From: a virus
Lineage: Duplodnaviria; Heunggongvirae; Uroviricota; Caudoviricetes
IMG/VR virus record: IMGVR_UViG_2585427773_000003
Reading direction: 5' to 3' (one strand)
DNA length: 64,000 nucleotides
The notes beneath the pieces are model-generated. The model was not told where the DNA came from and ran no database searches. It saw nothing but the letters and a program-made list of their open reading frames with translations. Positions 47,475 to 57,694 of this stretch are shown here, piece by piece. The position numbers and the translations under genes are program-made. How positions within the stretch are numbered: position 1 is the stretch's first letter; each line of letters begins with the position of its first letter.

Positions 47475-49508
47475 TTACTTAACCTGGTGGCCAGGTTTAG
47501 CACCGACATCCGGGCTTAACAGGAAGATATCTTTCCCGCCGGGGCCAGCAGCCATCACCATGCCTTCGGAGATACCGAAGCGCATTTTACGCGGAGCCAG
47601 GTTAGCCACCATAATGGTGTGACGACCAATCAGTGCCTGTGGGTCTGGATAAGCAGAACGGATGCCTGAGAAGACATTGCGTTTTTCACCGCCGAGATCC
47701 AGCGTCAGGCGTAGCAGTTTGTCAGAACCTTCAACAAACTCTGCGTTTTCAATCAGTGCCACGCGCAGGTCAACTTTAGCGAAGTCGTCAAAGGTGATGG
47801 TTTCCTGAATCGGGTCGTCTGCCAGTGGGCCAGTTACCGGTGCGGCTGTGGCTCTCACTTCTTCTTTGGATGCTTCCACCAGTGCTTCCACCTGTTTCAT
47901 ATCGATACGGTTATACAGTGCCTTGAACGGATTCACTTTATGGCCCAGCAGCGGTTGCTGGATACCATCCCAGGTCAGTTCTGTATTCAGGAATGCTTCT
48001 GCACGTTCAGTCAGTTTCGGCAGTACCGGCTTCAGGTACGTCATCAGCACGCGGAACAGGTTAATGCCCATAGAGCAAATCGCCTGCAGATCGGCATCGC
48101 GTCCTTCCTGCTTCGCCACCACCCACGGAGCCTGTTCATCGACATAGCGGTTAGCCAGGTCAGCCAATGCCATGATTTCACGGATAGCTTTACCAAATTC
48201 GCGGCTTTCCCATGCTTCGCCAATCACTTCAGCGGCATCAGTAAAGGTTTTGTACAGTTGCGGGTCAGCCAGTTCGTTTGCCAGCACGCCGTCAAAACGC
48301 TTGTTGATAAAGCCTGCATTACGGGAGGCCAGGTTAACCACTTTGTTCACGATATCGGCATTCACGCGCTGAACGAAATCCTCCAGGTTGAGATCGATAT
48401 CATCAATGCGCGAAGAGAGTTTCGCAGTGTAGTAGTAACGCAGGCTGTCGGCGTCAAAATGATTCAGCCAGGTGCTGGCTTTAATAAAGGTGCCGCGAGA
48501 CTTGGACATCTTCGCGCCGTTCACCGTCACATAGCCGTGAACAAACAGGTTGGTCGGCTTGCGGAAGTTGCTGCCTTCCAGCATGGCAGGCCAGAACAGG
48601 CTGTGGAAGTAAACAATATCTTTACCGATGAAGTGGTACAGCTCGGCGGTGGAGTCTTTCTTCCAGTATTCATCGAAGCTGGTGGTATCGCCGCGCTTGT
48701 CGCACAGATTCTTGAAGGAACCCATGTAGCCAATCGGCGCGTCCAGCCAGACGTAGAAATATTTGCCCGGCGCGTCCGGAATTTCAAAACCGAAGTAAGG
48801 CGCATCGCGGGAGATATCCCACTGTTGCAGGCCAGATTCAAACCACTCCTGCATTTTGTTTGCCACCTGCTCCTGCAACGCGCCGCTGCGGGTCCATGCC
48901 TGCAACATTTCGCTGAAAGAAGGCAGATCAAAGAAGAAGTGTTCGGAATCACGCATTACCGGGGTAGCGCCAGAAACCACCGATTTCGGCTCGATCAATT
49001 CAGTCGGGCTATATGTTGCGCCGCAGACTTCACAGTTATCGCCGTATTGATCTGGCGCTTTACATTTCGGGCAGGTGCCTTTTACAAAACGATCCGGCAG
49101 GAACATGCCTTTTTCCGGGTCGTACAACTGAGAGATAGTGCGGTTTTTAATAAAACCGTTCTCTTTCAGGCGAGTATAGATAAGCTCAGACAACTGACGG
49201 TTCTCTTCGCTGTGCGTCGAGTGATAGTTGTCATAGCTGATGTTAAAGCCTGCGAAATCAGTCTGGTGTTCCTGACTCATTTCGCCAATCATCTGCTCCG
49301 GTGTGATACCAAGCTGCTGTGCTTTCAGCATGATCGGCGTACCGTGGGCATCGTCGGCACAGATGAAATTAACCTCGTGGCCGCGCATTCGCTGGTAACG
49401 AACCCAGACATCAGCCTGGATGTGCTCCAGCATATGGCCGAGGTGGATTGAGCCGTTAGCGTACGGCAGCGCGCACGTCACCAGAATTTTCTTCGCGACT
49501 TGGGTCAT
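47475..49508 (-). CDS. metG: Methionine--tRNA ligase
   Basis: 677 aa; HIGH-type motif [16 protein letters not shown], Zn-knuckle CPKC...C..CG, C-terminal tRNA-binding domain; sequence recalled as very close to enterobacterial MetG. Confidence 0.95.
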   Translation of the reverse strand: MTQVAKKILVTCALPYANGSIHLGHMLEHIQADVWVRYQRMRGHEVNFICADDAHGTPIMLKAQQLGITPEQMIGEMSQEHQTDFAGFNISYDNYHSTHSEENRQLSELIYTRLKENGFIKNRTISQLYDPEKGMFLPDRFVKGTCPKCKAPDQYGDNCEVCGATYSPTELIEPKSVVSGATPVMRDSEHFFFDLPSFSEMLQAWTRSGALQEQVANKMQEWFESGLQQWDISRDAPYFGFEIPDAPGKYFYVWLDAPIGYMGSFKNLCDKRGDTTSFDEYWKKDSTAELYHFIGKDIVYFHSLFWPAMLEGSNFRKPTNLFVHGYVTVNGAKMSKSRGTFIKASTWLNHFDADSLRYYYTAKLSSRIDDIDLNLEDFVQRVNADIVNKVVNLASRNAGFINKRFDGVLANELADPQLYKTFTDAAEVIGEAWESREFGKAIREIMALADLANRYVDEQAPWVVAKQEGRDADLQAICSMGINLFRVLMTYLKPVLPKLTERAEAFLNTELTWDGIQQPLLGHKVNPFKALYNRIDMKQVEALVEASKEEVRATAAPVTGPLADDPIQETITFDDFAKVDLRVALIENAEFVEGSDKLLRLTLDLGGEKRNVFSGIRSAYPDPQALIGRHTIMVANLAPRKMRFGISEGMVMAAGPGGKDIFLLSPDVGAKPGHQVK

Positions 49509-49665
49509 AGTAGGCATTACTTCTTTGTAGTGAAAAGGGGCTTGATAGTAACAAAATGGCCTTATGTCTGCCATGTGATAACAGCATTTCTCATAAATGA
49601 TTAAATGTCGTAGCTGGAGTACACTACAAGGCGACAATTGCGCAAATTAAAATAAAGGAGACGGG

Positions 49666-50766
49666 ATGAGCGAGTCCAAATCGCCGGATGCCCTGAGAGC
49701 AATGGTAGCCGGTACGCTGGCTAATTTTCAGCACCCAACCCTGAAACACAACCTGACTACGCTTAAAGCGTTACACCATGTTGCGTTGATGGATGACACA
49801 CTGCATGTCGAACTAATCATGCCTTTCGTGTGGAATAAGCCTTTTGAAGACCTGAAAGAGCAATGTAGTGGTGATCTGCTCCGTATCACTGGCGCAAAGG
49901 CTATTGACTGGAAGCTGTCGTACAACATTGCCACGCTTAAGCGCGTCAAAAACCAACCAGGCATTAATGGCGTTAAGAACATTATCGCCGTCAGCTCAGG
50001 CAAGGGCGGCGTGGGTAAATCCTCCACGGCGGTAAACCTGGCACTGGCGTTGGCTGCTGAAGGTGCGAAAGTTGGTATTTTGGATGCCGATATCTATGGT
50101 CCATCAATTCCAACCATGCTGGGCGCGGAAAACCAACGTCCAACCTCACCTGACGGTACTCACATGGCACCTATCATGTCTCATGGCCTGGCAACCAACT
50201 CTATTGGTTATCTGGTCACCGACGACAATGCAATGGTGTGGCGTGGACCGATGGCCAGCAAGGCGCTGATGCAGATGTTGCAGGAAACTCTATGGCCTGA
50301 TCTGGACTATCTCGTTCTCGATATGCCGCCGGGCACTGGTGATATTCAGTTGACGCTGGCGCAGAACATTCCTGTAACTGGTGCGGTTGTGGTAACTACG
50401 CCGCAAGACATCGCGCTGATCGATGCGAAGAAAGGCATTGTGATGTTCGAAAAAGTCGAAGTGCCGGTACTGGGTATCGTCGAAAACATGAGTGTGCATA
50501 TTTGCAGTAACTGCGGTCATCACGAGCCAATTTTTGGCACCGGTGGCGCACAGAAACTGGCCGAGAAATACAACACGCAGTTGTTAGGCCAAATGCCACT
50601 TCATATCTCTCTTCGTGAAGATCTGGATAACGGAACACCAACCGTTATTAGTCGTCCAGATAGCGAATTTACGGCTATTTATCGTGACCTCGCAGATCGC
50701 GTTGCCGCCCAAATGTATTGGCAAGGTGAAGTAATACCTGGCGAAATCGCATTCCGCGCAGTGTGA
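49666..50766 (+). CDS. apbC: Fe-S cluster carrier ATPase ApbC/Mrp
   Basis: 366 aa; P-loop SGKGGVGKSS, CxxC motif CSNCGH; divergent from metG as in Enterobacteriaceae chromosomes. Confidence 0.95.
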   Translation: MSESKSPDALRAMVAGTLANFQHPTLKHNLTTLKALHHVALMDDTLHVELIMPFVWNKPFEDLKEQCSGDLLRITGAKAIDWKLSYNIATLKRVKNQPGINGVKNIIAVSSGKGGVGKSSTAVNLALALAAEGAKVGILDADIYGPSIPTMLGAENQRPTSPDGTHMAPIMSHGLATNSIGYLVTDDNAMVWRGPMASKALMQMLQETLWPDLDYLVLDMPPGTGDIQLTLAQNIPVTGAVVVTTPQDIALIDAKKGIVMFEKVEVPVLGIVENMSVHICSNCGHHEPIFGTGGAQKLAEKYNTQLLGQMPLHISLREDLDNGTPTVISRPDSEFTAIYRDLADRVAAQMYWQGEVIPGEIAFRAV

Positions 50767-50792
50767 TAAAAAGGCGGTGCATTGCACCGCCT
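50767..50792. terminator. Bidirectional hairpin terminator between apbC and umuD-like gene
   Basis: aggcggtgcattgcaccgcct hairpin flanked by A-tract. Confidence 0.6.
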
Positions 50793-50803
50793 AATCAGTT
50801 CTC

Positions 50804-51193
50804 CTACATCACGGGACAATCATCAAACTCGCCACTTCTTGCGTCGTTGATAATGTGAGTGATCACACCAAACACGGCATTGCTGCCCGTGCATCCATCG
50901 TCATCCTTTGGCAATGCTTCCTTCTTACCGGTTCTTAAATCCTCCAGATGCTGACGTGGGTACTTCCGGTATCTTTTTACGCGATATTCCCCATCCAGAG
51001 CGCATACAAGCAGAGAACCATCAACCGGGGTAAGTGAGGAATCGACCACCAGCAATGCACCCTGTAATATTCCCTCACGATGATGACTATCAGCTGCCCT
51101 CATGAAGTAGGTCGCTGAAGGATGTCTAATTATCTGCTGATCAAGAGAAATACGGCTCTCAGCATAATCCGCCGCAGGAGAAGGGAAGCCCAT
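50804..51193 (-). CDS. UmuD-like S24 peptidase (LexA/UmuD family)
   Basis: FPSPAADY...HPSATYF...DS...VDGEY.VKRY pattern matching UmuD; Ser/Lys dyad positions retained; perfect LexA box upstream. Confidence 0.75.
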   Translation of the reverse strand: MGFPSPAADYAESRISLDQQIIRHPSATYFMRAADSHHREGILQGALLVVDSSLTPVDGSLLVCALDGEYRVKRYRKYPRQHLEDLRTGKKEALPKDDDGCTGSNAVFGVITHIINDARSGEFDDCPVM

Positions 51194-51209
51194 AATACTC
51201 GCCTCTTAA

Positions 51210-51229
51210 TACTGTATACACATACAGTA
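51210..51229. promoter_or_regulatory. LexA (SOS) box TACTGTATACACATACAGTA
   Basis: CTGT-N8-ACAG perfect palindrome 17-36 bp upstream of umuD-like ATG. Confidence 0.8.
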
Positions 51230-51523
51230 TATATTGAAGCTATATATTTTTGAACTCTATCTCTTAAAAAAGATGTTAATAAGATGCTAACTATTGAAAG
51301 GCATAAATATATACAATTCAAACAAACGTTATTTTTAACAAATTTTTTCTTCCCATTGACTTTTTCGAACGCCTTGTCCGGTCTAAAGTGCGCAGAAGTC
51401 ACTTTTTCCTTCCTGAGTTATCCACAGGCTTATGCACTTGCATGAAAAATCTATTCACACTATCTTAATTCGCAAGACACTGATGTTGCAGTATTGAGGG
51501 TATGTTGGGTTAAAAATAGACAT

Positions 51524-51556
51524 TAAAAAGCCCAGTTGACTAGGCTGGGCTTTTTA
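51524..51556. terminator. Bidirectional hairpin terminator
   Basis: agcccag...ctgggct stem flanked by A-tract and T-tract. Confidence 0.55.
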
Positions 51557-51592
51557 AAGGGAAACAGAGTTTGAGGCTCTGTTCCTGAGCCA

Positions 51593-51608
51593 TAAGTATC
51601 TGGCGACT
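51593..51608. repeat. 16-bp direct repeat TAAGTATCTGGCGACT, copy A
   Basis: Identical copy at 51766-51781. Confidence 0.8.
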
Positions 51609-51765
51609 GAATTAAGATTAACCGAATGTACTGGATTCATCAAGAAACGTTGAGTGGTCATACCAGGTAATAATGACCATTTACTAAACATCGTTGTTCT
51701 CAAAGAAGATTTAAGTCCAGGTTTTTGGTGACTCTAAAACCTTACCTTAACTCGAAATCGTGCCG

Positions 51766-51781
51766 TAAGTATCTGGCGACT
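51766..51781. repeat. 16-bp direct repeat TAAGTATCTGGCGACT, copy B
   Basis: Identical to 51593-51608; followed by small hydrophobic ORF. Confidence 0.8.
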
Positions 51782-51855
51782 ACAGATATTGCAACTGCAA
51801 AGGCAATCCCAAAGGTATTTGCAGCTAGGCGCGATAAAACTAAGTGAGGCCTGTT

Positions 51856-51939
51856 ATGGTTAACTTACTGTTCAAAATCGTGCCGCCGATGTTCGCGATT
51901 ATCAAAGCGATCATTGAGTACGTAAACCAGCGTCCATAA
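51856..51939 (+). CDS. Small hydrophobic peptide (27 aa), candidate type I toxin
   Basis: MVNLLFKIVPPMFAIIKAIIEYVNQRP; RBS gagg 6 nt upstream; terminator hairpin 51953-51982 downstream. Confidence 0.25.
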   Translation: MVNLLFKIVPPMFAIIKAIIEYVNQRP

Positions 51940-51994
51940 CGCTAGTTGCTACAGGCCCCATCAAGAGCATGGGGCCTCTTTATCGTACTATTGC

Positions 51995-52621
51995 TTATTT
52001 TTTACGGACTGAGTTGTTCACTGCTCTGGCAATCTTCTCCCGCAATTGCTGCGTTCCGTGGTACTGAACCGCAATATCTCTCAACTCGTTCACCAGTTCT
52101 CGAATCTGGTGATCTTTAAGCTCATTATTTGGGTGATTGGTAACAACTCTGGTTAATTCACCCTTGTCTTTTGCTCTTACGTATGCAGCTCTTGTGCATT
52201 CGACCCATGTATTACCGCCTACATTAACTTCGTAGATTAGGCTGGACTTATCTGTCAATTCGGAACAAATACGGGCCGTGGTCTGGCAACTAGAGCATTC
52301 GCAGTTATCGCGGAAACCGTGATCTACCGGTCGAGAAAGAGGTTTAACTTTTTCATCCAACTTCATCACAGCATCGTGATAAGCGTTCCAGCCGTCATCT
52401 TTACCAAGTTGATAAATCTCTGAAGGCTCCATGTAGTCTATATCGCAACCTTCTTCATCCGATCTATCTGGTCGCTTCCCTGGTAATCGCTCATAAAAAC
52501 GATTTCTGTCTCGACGTTCGGCTCTCAGTGCTAACGCAAGAAGTTGCTCAAGCGAGGTATTTGCACCAGCAATAATTTCATTGAGAATATCTTCTGTGAG
52601 ATCTTTCGCTACCGTGCTCAT
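51995..52621 (-). CDS. Hypothetical protein
   Basis: 208 aa ORF, Cys-rich central segment. Confidence 0.45.
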   Translation of the reverse strand: MSTVAKDLTEDILNEIIAGANTSLEQLLALALRAERRDRNRFYERLPGKRPDRSDEEGCDIDYMEPSEIYQLGKDDGWNAYHDAVMKLDEKVKPLSRPVDHGFRDNCECSSCQTTARICSELTDKSSLIYEVNVGGNTWVECTRAAYVRAKDKGELTRVVTNHPNNELKDHQIRELVNELRDIAVQYHGTQQLREKIARAVNNSVRKK

Positions 52622-53001
52622 TTATCTCTCTCGGTATGTTGCGATGGCGTAAATTTGACGACATCAAATATTTTGGATGGCATCAACTTTATCCGCGAGC
52701 TTAGTTCGGCTCTTCTCTGTAATGCGGTTAATAATGTTTTCGTTCTGACGCCTTCGTGTATCCTCATCCCTGGCACAAGAACTACATCGCAGGGGAGATG
52801 CTCAGGTGACAAATCATTTTGGGCATCGCTAATCAGTCGTGTAATCTCTCTTTCAAGCCGACCGCCTAGCTCTGTTTTAGTGCAATGTTCTGACCAATCG
52901 CCAGCCTCAAGCAGCGCGAGAATGCTTAAAATATCGTCCAATAGATCAGTGGTATTATCGACTTCCTTCTGAAACTCACCGGCTACTGATTTATGCATCA
53001 T
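52618..53001 (-). CDS. Hypothetical protein
   Basis: 127 aa ORF with overlap coupling. Confidence 0.4.
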   Translation of the reverse strand: MMHKSVAGEFQKEVDNTTDLLDDILSILALLEAGDWSEHCTKTELGGRLEREITRLISDAQNDLSPEHLPCDVVLVPGMRIHEGVRTKTLLTALQRRAELSSRIKLMPSKIFDVVKFTPSQHTERDK

Positions 53002-54074
53002 TCGTCATCCTCATCCGAGTCATCCTCATCACAGGATGAGAGTAGTGGGTTAGTCATTCGCCCTACTTGAGTGGCGTAGCCACGCCGACAGAGATTGCGC
53101 AGCACACTGTATATTTCGAACATCTCGGTTCGTTCATCGCCAACATCAAGCTCAGATGCTATAGCGTGGCATTCAGTCGCGAGAGCCGATATTTTCTGAA
53201 ATAACTCTGCATTATTCACTGTTCGACTCCTGCGGCGTTCTGGTAGTGGCATCCAGTGTGTGACATTGCTAATCAGACCATATTCATTAGTTTGAGGATG
53301 GTTGCCGTTATCGTCTCCGTATTTAAAACTTTCCATAAAACCATAATGCTTACCCCCATTAACGCTCACAAAGCCGTAATAAGCTGGTATAACGCCGATC
53401 TCACACGTAATCAGCAAAGGAAAACCAGTTCTCCAATTTAGCTCGCCGATTACAGGCATTCGCTCACTACAGCTTATCCAGCTATCCTTAATGCCACTAT
53501 CTTGACTCTGAAGCATGGCGGCGCGGCAGGCGTTCCATGCTCTCCAGTTGCGTGACTCAATCCCAGCTGGATAAGGGTCAGAGCTTCCTACGATGCACTT
53601 TTCATCCTCAACCATCCACCGTTCAAAATCCGCTCGGAACTTATCGTTGTCAACCACCGCTGGCTGCGGTAACTTTGGTTCCATCAGTGACTCCAGTTCA
53701 GCAATGCGCTTCTCTGCGGCTTCCAGCTCAACGCGCAGCTTCCCAACCGTTAGCGCAATATCCTCGTTCTCCTGGTCACGGCGTTTGATGTATTGCTGGT
53801 TCCTTTCCCGTTCATCCAGTAATACCAGCACAGTAGCCGGGTTGGCTGCGGCGATGAATTCAGCATTGGCCTGCTGCTCCATTTGGAAATCTTCATCGAA
53901 ACCGCTTTCAGGATGCGCTCCTTCAATTCTGCAAATGGGAATATATCCAGCAGCCTCGCGATGAATTAGTGCATCATCACCATCAAATCTGCCATCTCCA
54001 TATTCTAGCGACCACTCGCCACACGTTGCTTTCTCTGCCTTTTCACGCAGTGCCTGATAGTCAATCTTGCTCAC
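52998..54074 (-). CDS. Ead/Ea22-like protein (DUF551-type C-terminus)
   Basis: Resembles prophage Ea22-family proteins: coiled N-terminal half, C-terminal W..CSERMP...THWMPLP segment. Confidence 0.55.
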   Translation of the reverse strand: MSKIDYQALREKAEKATCGEWSLEYGDGRFDGDDALIHREAAGYIPICRIEGAHPESGFDEDFQMEQQANAEFIAAANPATVLVLLDERERNQQYIKRRDQENEDIALTVGKLRVELEAAEKRIAELESLMEPKLPQPAVVDNDKFRADFERWMVEDEKCIVGSSDPYPAGIESRNWRAWNACRAAMLQSQDSGIKDSWISCSERMPVIGELNWRTGFPLLITCEIGVIPAYYGFVSVNGGKHYGFMESFKYGDDNGNHPQTNEYGLISNVTHWMPLPERRRSRTVNNAELFQKISALATECHAIASELDVGDERTEMFEIYSVLRNLCRRGYATQVGRMTNPLLSSCDEDDSDEDDE

Positions 54075-54622
54075 TGGTTGCCTCCTTTGCGAAGCTGTTC
54101 AGCAATACTTACGCATATCTCTGCGCCTCTAATCAGCCCCGGAACGTTCTTGTTTGGCCCAACTTCACCATCAACAAAATCAATCATCGCGTTACGAGCC
54201 ATATCCACGCCCTGCGCACGTACTTCAGCCAGAAAAGCATCGGTGGCTGGAGTTTCTATGCACTGCATTTCATGCAATGTCTGCATGTCCATAAAATCCC
54301 CGTCAGGCTCTGTGATAGTGGCGTTATATGCCGAGTAAATTTTTGACGCTTCATGTGCCAGTTCCGCAGCCTTAGATCGCAATGCCACATTCTCCGCCGC
54401 TAATGCGTCTCTCTGCGCCCGCAACTTCTCAATTTCGGCAGCCATGTAGTAACCAACCATAGCGAAGACGGCAAAAGAGTTATCTGCCTCATCAGGCGAC
54501 ACTGAGGCCATTAGCAGGCCATCGTAAAAATCGTGACTCCCATTGGTGATCGCCACCGCATAGGAGTCGTGGTTCTCGCGCTTGTGAATGAGAACTACGG
54601 GATTTTCGATTTTGTTACTCAT
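54071..54622 (-). CDS. Hypothetical protein
   Basis: 183 aa ORF. Confidence 0.45.
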   Translation of the reverse strand: MSNKIENPVVLIHKRENHDSYAVAITNGSHDFYDGLLMASVSPDEADNSFAVFAMVGYYMAAEIEKLRAQRDALAAENVALRSKAAELAHEASKIYSAYNATITEPDGDFMDMQTLHEMQCIETPATDAFLAEVRAQGVDMARNAMIDFVDGEVGPNKNVPGLIRGAEICVSIAEQLRKGGNQ

Positions 54623-54760
54623 GTGTTTTTCTCTTCTTTGCTGTTACATAAGCACTACCAAGTGCTGGTTTATTTTCACAAATAAGAAAAGGTAGAAAAC
54701 AATTTATTTAAGGCCATAACTTATGGCCTTTATTTATTCATGCAGAAGGATTTGTAGCGC

Positions 54761-55141
54761 CTAATTGCCGGATAAAATGGGTTGAGGTGCTTGCCAGTAG
54801 GCTCCACCGGTCCATGTGAACCCCATGCGAATAAGAGTGTTTATTGCGGCTTTGGTAGACTCCGATTCGACACTGGCTTTTCGAAACTCTTGAACCTCTT
54901 TCGCCAACTTGTATGTAATTGTGCAGGGGACGATTGCAGCCCAGCCTTTCTCATGACTGTTAATGACCATCTGGATGTGACCATCCAGAATAGGTTGATT
55001 AGGCATGTTATTGAAAATGTCTGCCTGTTTTTGAATGTGAAGAAAAAGCCTTGCCAGCTCCATTTGCTCACTACGAGACAAGGGATTATCAAGAGGGCTT
55101 TTTGCAAAAGCGGCTACACGCTGTGCGTCAATGCCAAACAT
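54761..55141 (-). CDS. Hypothetical protein
   Basis: 126 aa ORF. Confidence 0.4.
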   Translation of the reverse strand: MFGIDAQRVAAFAKSPLDNPLSRSEQMELARLFLHIQKQADIFNNMPNQPILDGHIQMVINSHEKGWAAIVPCTITYKLAKEVQEFRKASVESESTKAAINTLIRMGFTWTGGAYWQAPQPILSGN

Positions 55142-55845
55142 CAGCGCACCTCACCATCTTTATGGCTGGAGTTAACTTCCGTCATTAAATGTCTGACGTA
55201 ATCGACAAGAGAGCCGCCTGGTGGAATCTGGCATTCCTCAACTAACTGGAAGTAGATATCCGCTGCATTACGTGTATTGCTACCCGCGCATATTCTTTCT
55301 TCCCGAAGTGCATGAAGCTCGTTGATCAAACGGTCACACTCTCCGTTACGCTGATCCACAACGGCCTCAAGCTCTGCGACGCGTTCACCTGGCGTCTTAC
55401 CTTCTTTGCGTTGGATGGTAACGACGAAATCGCCAATTGCAGGGACGTTGTAATCCAGCTCAAGGTAGTTTTTGGCACCGCTGCGGACGAACTCACCCGC
55501 GAACATGGTGGCGAACATCGCAGAGGCCACTTCGCCGTTGAAAAGTGACTCCAGATCTAACGGAGTCCCGGCAGCAAGAGCCTCTTTTGCTGTATCCATT
55601 GCATCCATGAACCGATCAAACTCACTAGCGCGCTTTTCCAGGTCTTTCCATTGCTCGCTCCAACGTTTGGCAACGAAGTCTATGAATGTTTTCGCGGATT
55701 CATCAAAATCCCCCTCAAACTTAACGATGCCTTTATCAATAATGATCTGGCCTACCGCATCCTCTGCATAACCTTTCAATGTAAACTTGAAAGGAAAATC
55801 AGAATGGCCTGTGACGTTAAAATGCTCTAACTGGAGGTTGTTCAT
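55141..55845 (-). CDS. Hypothetical protein
   Basis: 234 aa ORF. Confidence 0.45.
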   Translation of the reverse strand: MNNLQLEHFNVTGHSDFPFKFTLKGYAEDAVGQIIIDKGIVKFEGDFDESAKTFIDFVAKRWSEQWKDLEKRASEFDRFMDAMDTAKEALAAGTPLDLESLFNGEVASAMFATMFAGEFVRSGAKNYLELDYNVPAIGDFVVTIQRKEGKTPGERVAELEAVVDQRNGECDRLINELHALREERICAGSNTRNAADIYFQLVEECQIPPGGSLVDYVRHLMTEVNSSHKDGEVR

Positions 55846-55905
55846 GTGTTTTCTCTTATCGTTTAGTTATTACATTCTTACACAAATTAAGTAAGTATTT
55901 ACCTA

Positions 55906-57591
55906 TCATTTAACGCGTTTGAAAACGTATACGCTGACTGTGATCCCTGTGTCTTCAAACTCGTTGGTAAACGACTTCCCTCTGGCATAAACGTAATTAT
56001 CCATCGTCATCCAGTCCAGTATTGGCGCAGTGCCCGGCAATACTGCTACAAGACGCCCGCCGACTTTCAGATGCCCCAGCGCAGCCAGCGTGTGCTCTCT
56101 ATGACGACCAAGCGAGTACGGCGGGTTCATAACGATTTTGTCGAACTGATAACCTGCGTTGTCCTCAGACCACTTTATGAAGTCGCAGCAAATCGTGTTC
56201 GTATACCCTTTTCCACGCAGGATATCAGCGAAGAGAGGTGCGATTTCTATGCAGGTAACATCTTCCAGATCGGCGTTAATATAGGCCAGAAGATCCCCAC
56301 GTCCGGCTTGAGGCTCCAGCAGCTTCTCACCAGGCTTCAATTCAGTGGCTCTGGCAACGTACTCAGCAATCAAGCGTGGGGTAGGGTAGAACTGGTGTGA
56401 TTTTGTATCCGGTATTAAACCGGTAGCCACAATCGTATTTAGCGTATGGCCGATGTCATACGGGAACTGCCAGTGCTTTTTCTCCTGCACGCCGCCAATG
56501 AAGCTCAGTGTGCGCTCAAGCTCTTCCACCTGCGACTTCTGGAGAGCTGAATCAGAGAAGTACCATACGCCTTTGTCTTTGCTCAATCGCCCGTCACGAA
56601 GCGCAGTGCGAACCGGCACGGAGATCGTCTTCTGGATTAACCCGAACTGCTTTGGTGCCCGTGTTTTTGGCGCAGTTCGGCATGGCGCGGGGATTGCAGC
56701 AGGCATACTGTAAGCCAGCACCTCATTCAACTTCCAGGCCACGTCAGGATGTATTTCAAAGTGAACGTTGCCGTTCTTGAACATCTTCACGCGCATCAGA
56801 TTTCCATCGACGTTCATCCAGTCACCGGTCTGGCAGTCGTTTGCTCGATACGCAGCTGATAGCACCTCAGCAGTGCGGTTGATGGTAATAAATTCTTTGT
56901 GCGCGAAGAAATGAAGCAAGACACGCAGATCGTCGATGTAGTCCTCTTTGCGATAGTTCACGCTAACGCTGTCCCGCCAGAAATCAGAAATGCAGTCAGC
57001 GATTATCAGACGCTCGCTGAAACCGTTTGTCTTATTTGTCTTGTGCGCAGGACTCAGCGCCTTAAACAAGCCATACACGCGCTCAGAGAGATATTTGTGC
57101 CTGTCATTCAGCAAATTAAGCATCGTGGGTATGACCGTTTCTGCTTTGAACTCCGGTACACCAACGAACTCTTTAACCTTCATCTGGTAGCCGGTTCTGT
57201 CAGTTTTGATGACTTCCTGTTTGCCCTCTATAAACTGCTCGCGCCACTCATCTCGACGGGAAGCTGGCATGATCAGCAAAACGTTAGTCATGTCCGTGAC
57301 CTTACTCCAGTACTCGGCCCAAATATTCTGTTTCACCCATTCCAGATCGACTTTATCCAACCAACCTCGATTTAAACGCGAGCGATCTTCATCTGGTCGA
57401 TGGTTTAGTCTCAGCAGGCGATTAATCATGTTGTGGCGTTCGTCGCCATAAACGAAGTCGTGTACCTGATACATGAAGGCGATCTCTTTCTCGCACTCGG
57501 CCACAATTTCGTGGATGACGTTCATTTCCTGCCGATAGTCGATAGCAGTGTTTGAGTTGGCATCGTCGATGATGGAAAGGGCTGTATTCAT
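55906..57591 (-). CDS. DNA N6-adenine methyltransferase with large N-terminal domain
   Basis: FYPTP, EPQAGRGDL (AdoMet-binding-like) and NPPY motifs in C-terminal third. Confidence 0.7.
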   Translation of the reverse strand: MNTALSIIDDANSNTAIDYRQEMNVIHEIVAECEKEIAFMYQVHDFVYGDERHNMINRLLRLNHRPDEDRSRLNRGWLDKVDLEWVKQNIWAEYWSKVTDMTNVLLIMPASRRDEWREQFIEGKQEVIKTDRTGYQMKVKEFVGVPEFKAETVIPTMLNLLNDRHKYLSERVYGLFKALSPAHKTNKTNGFSERLIIADCISDFWRDSVSVNYRKEDYIDDLRVLLHFFAHKEFITINRTAEVLSAAYRANDCQTGDWMNVDGNLMRVKMFKNGNVHFEIHPDVAWKLNEVLAYSMPAAIPAPCRTAPKTRAPKQFGLIQKTISVPVRTALRDGRLSKDKGVWYFSDSALQKSQVEELERTLSFIGGVQEKKHWQFPYDIGHTLNTIVATGLIPDTKSHQFYPTPRLIAEYVARATELKPGEKLLEPQAGRGDLLAYINADLEDVTCIEIAPLFADILRGKGYTNTICCDFIKWSEDNAGYQFDKIVMNPPYSLGRHREHTLAALGHLKVGGRLVAVLPGTAPILDWMTMDNYVYARGKSFTNEFEDTGITVSVYVFKRVK

Positions 57592-57694
57592 AATTGCACC
57601 ATTAAGAAGTGATTTGTTTAATGGTGCAATTATTTCAAAAATGAAAAGGTACTAAATAGAAATAAACAGGCAATCGTTCAAATAAAGGCATTGG

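Noticed and set aside
47940-49451. 503-aa plus-strand ORF antisense to metG
   Set aside because: Fully contained within the clearly genuine metG coding region on the opposite strand; no RBS and atypical composition.
51130-51402. 90-aa minus-strand ORF overlapping the LexA box and promoter region
   Set aside because: Lies in AT-rich promoter DNA overlapping the umuD-like start and operator; no RBS, hydrophobic junk-like sequence.
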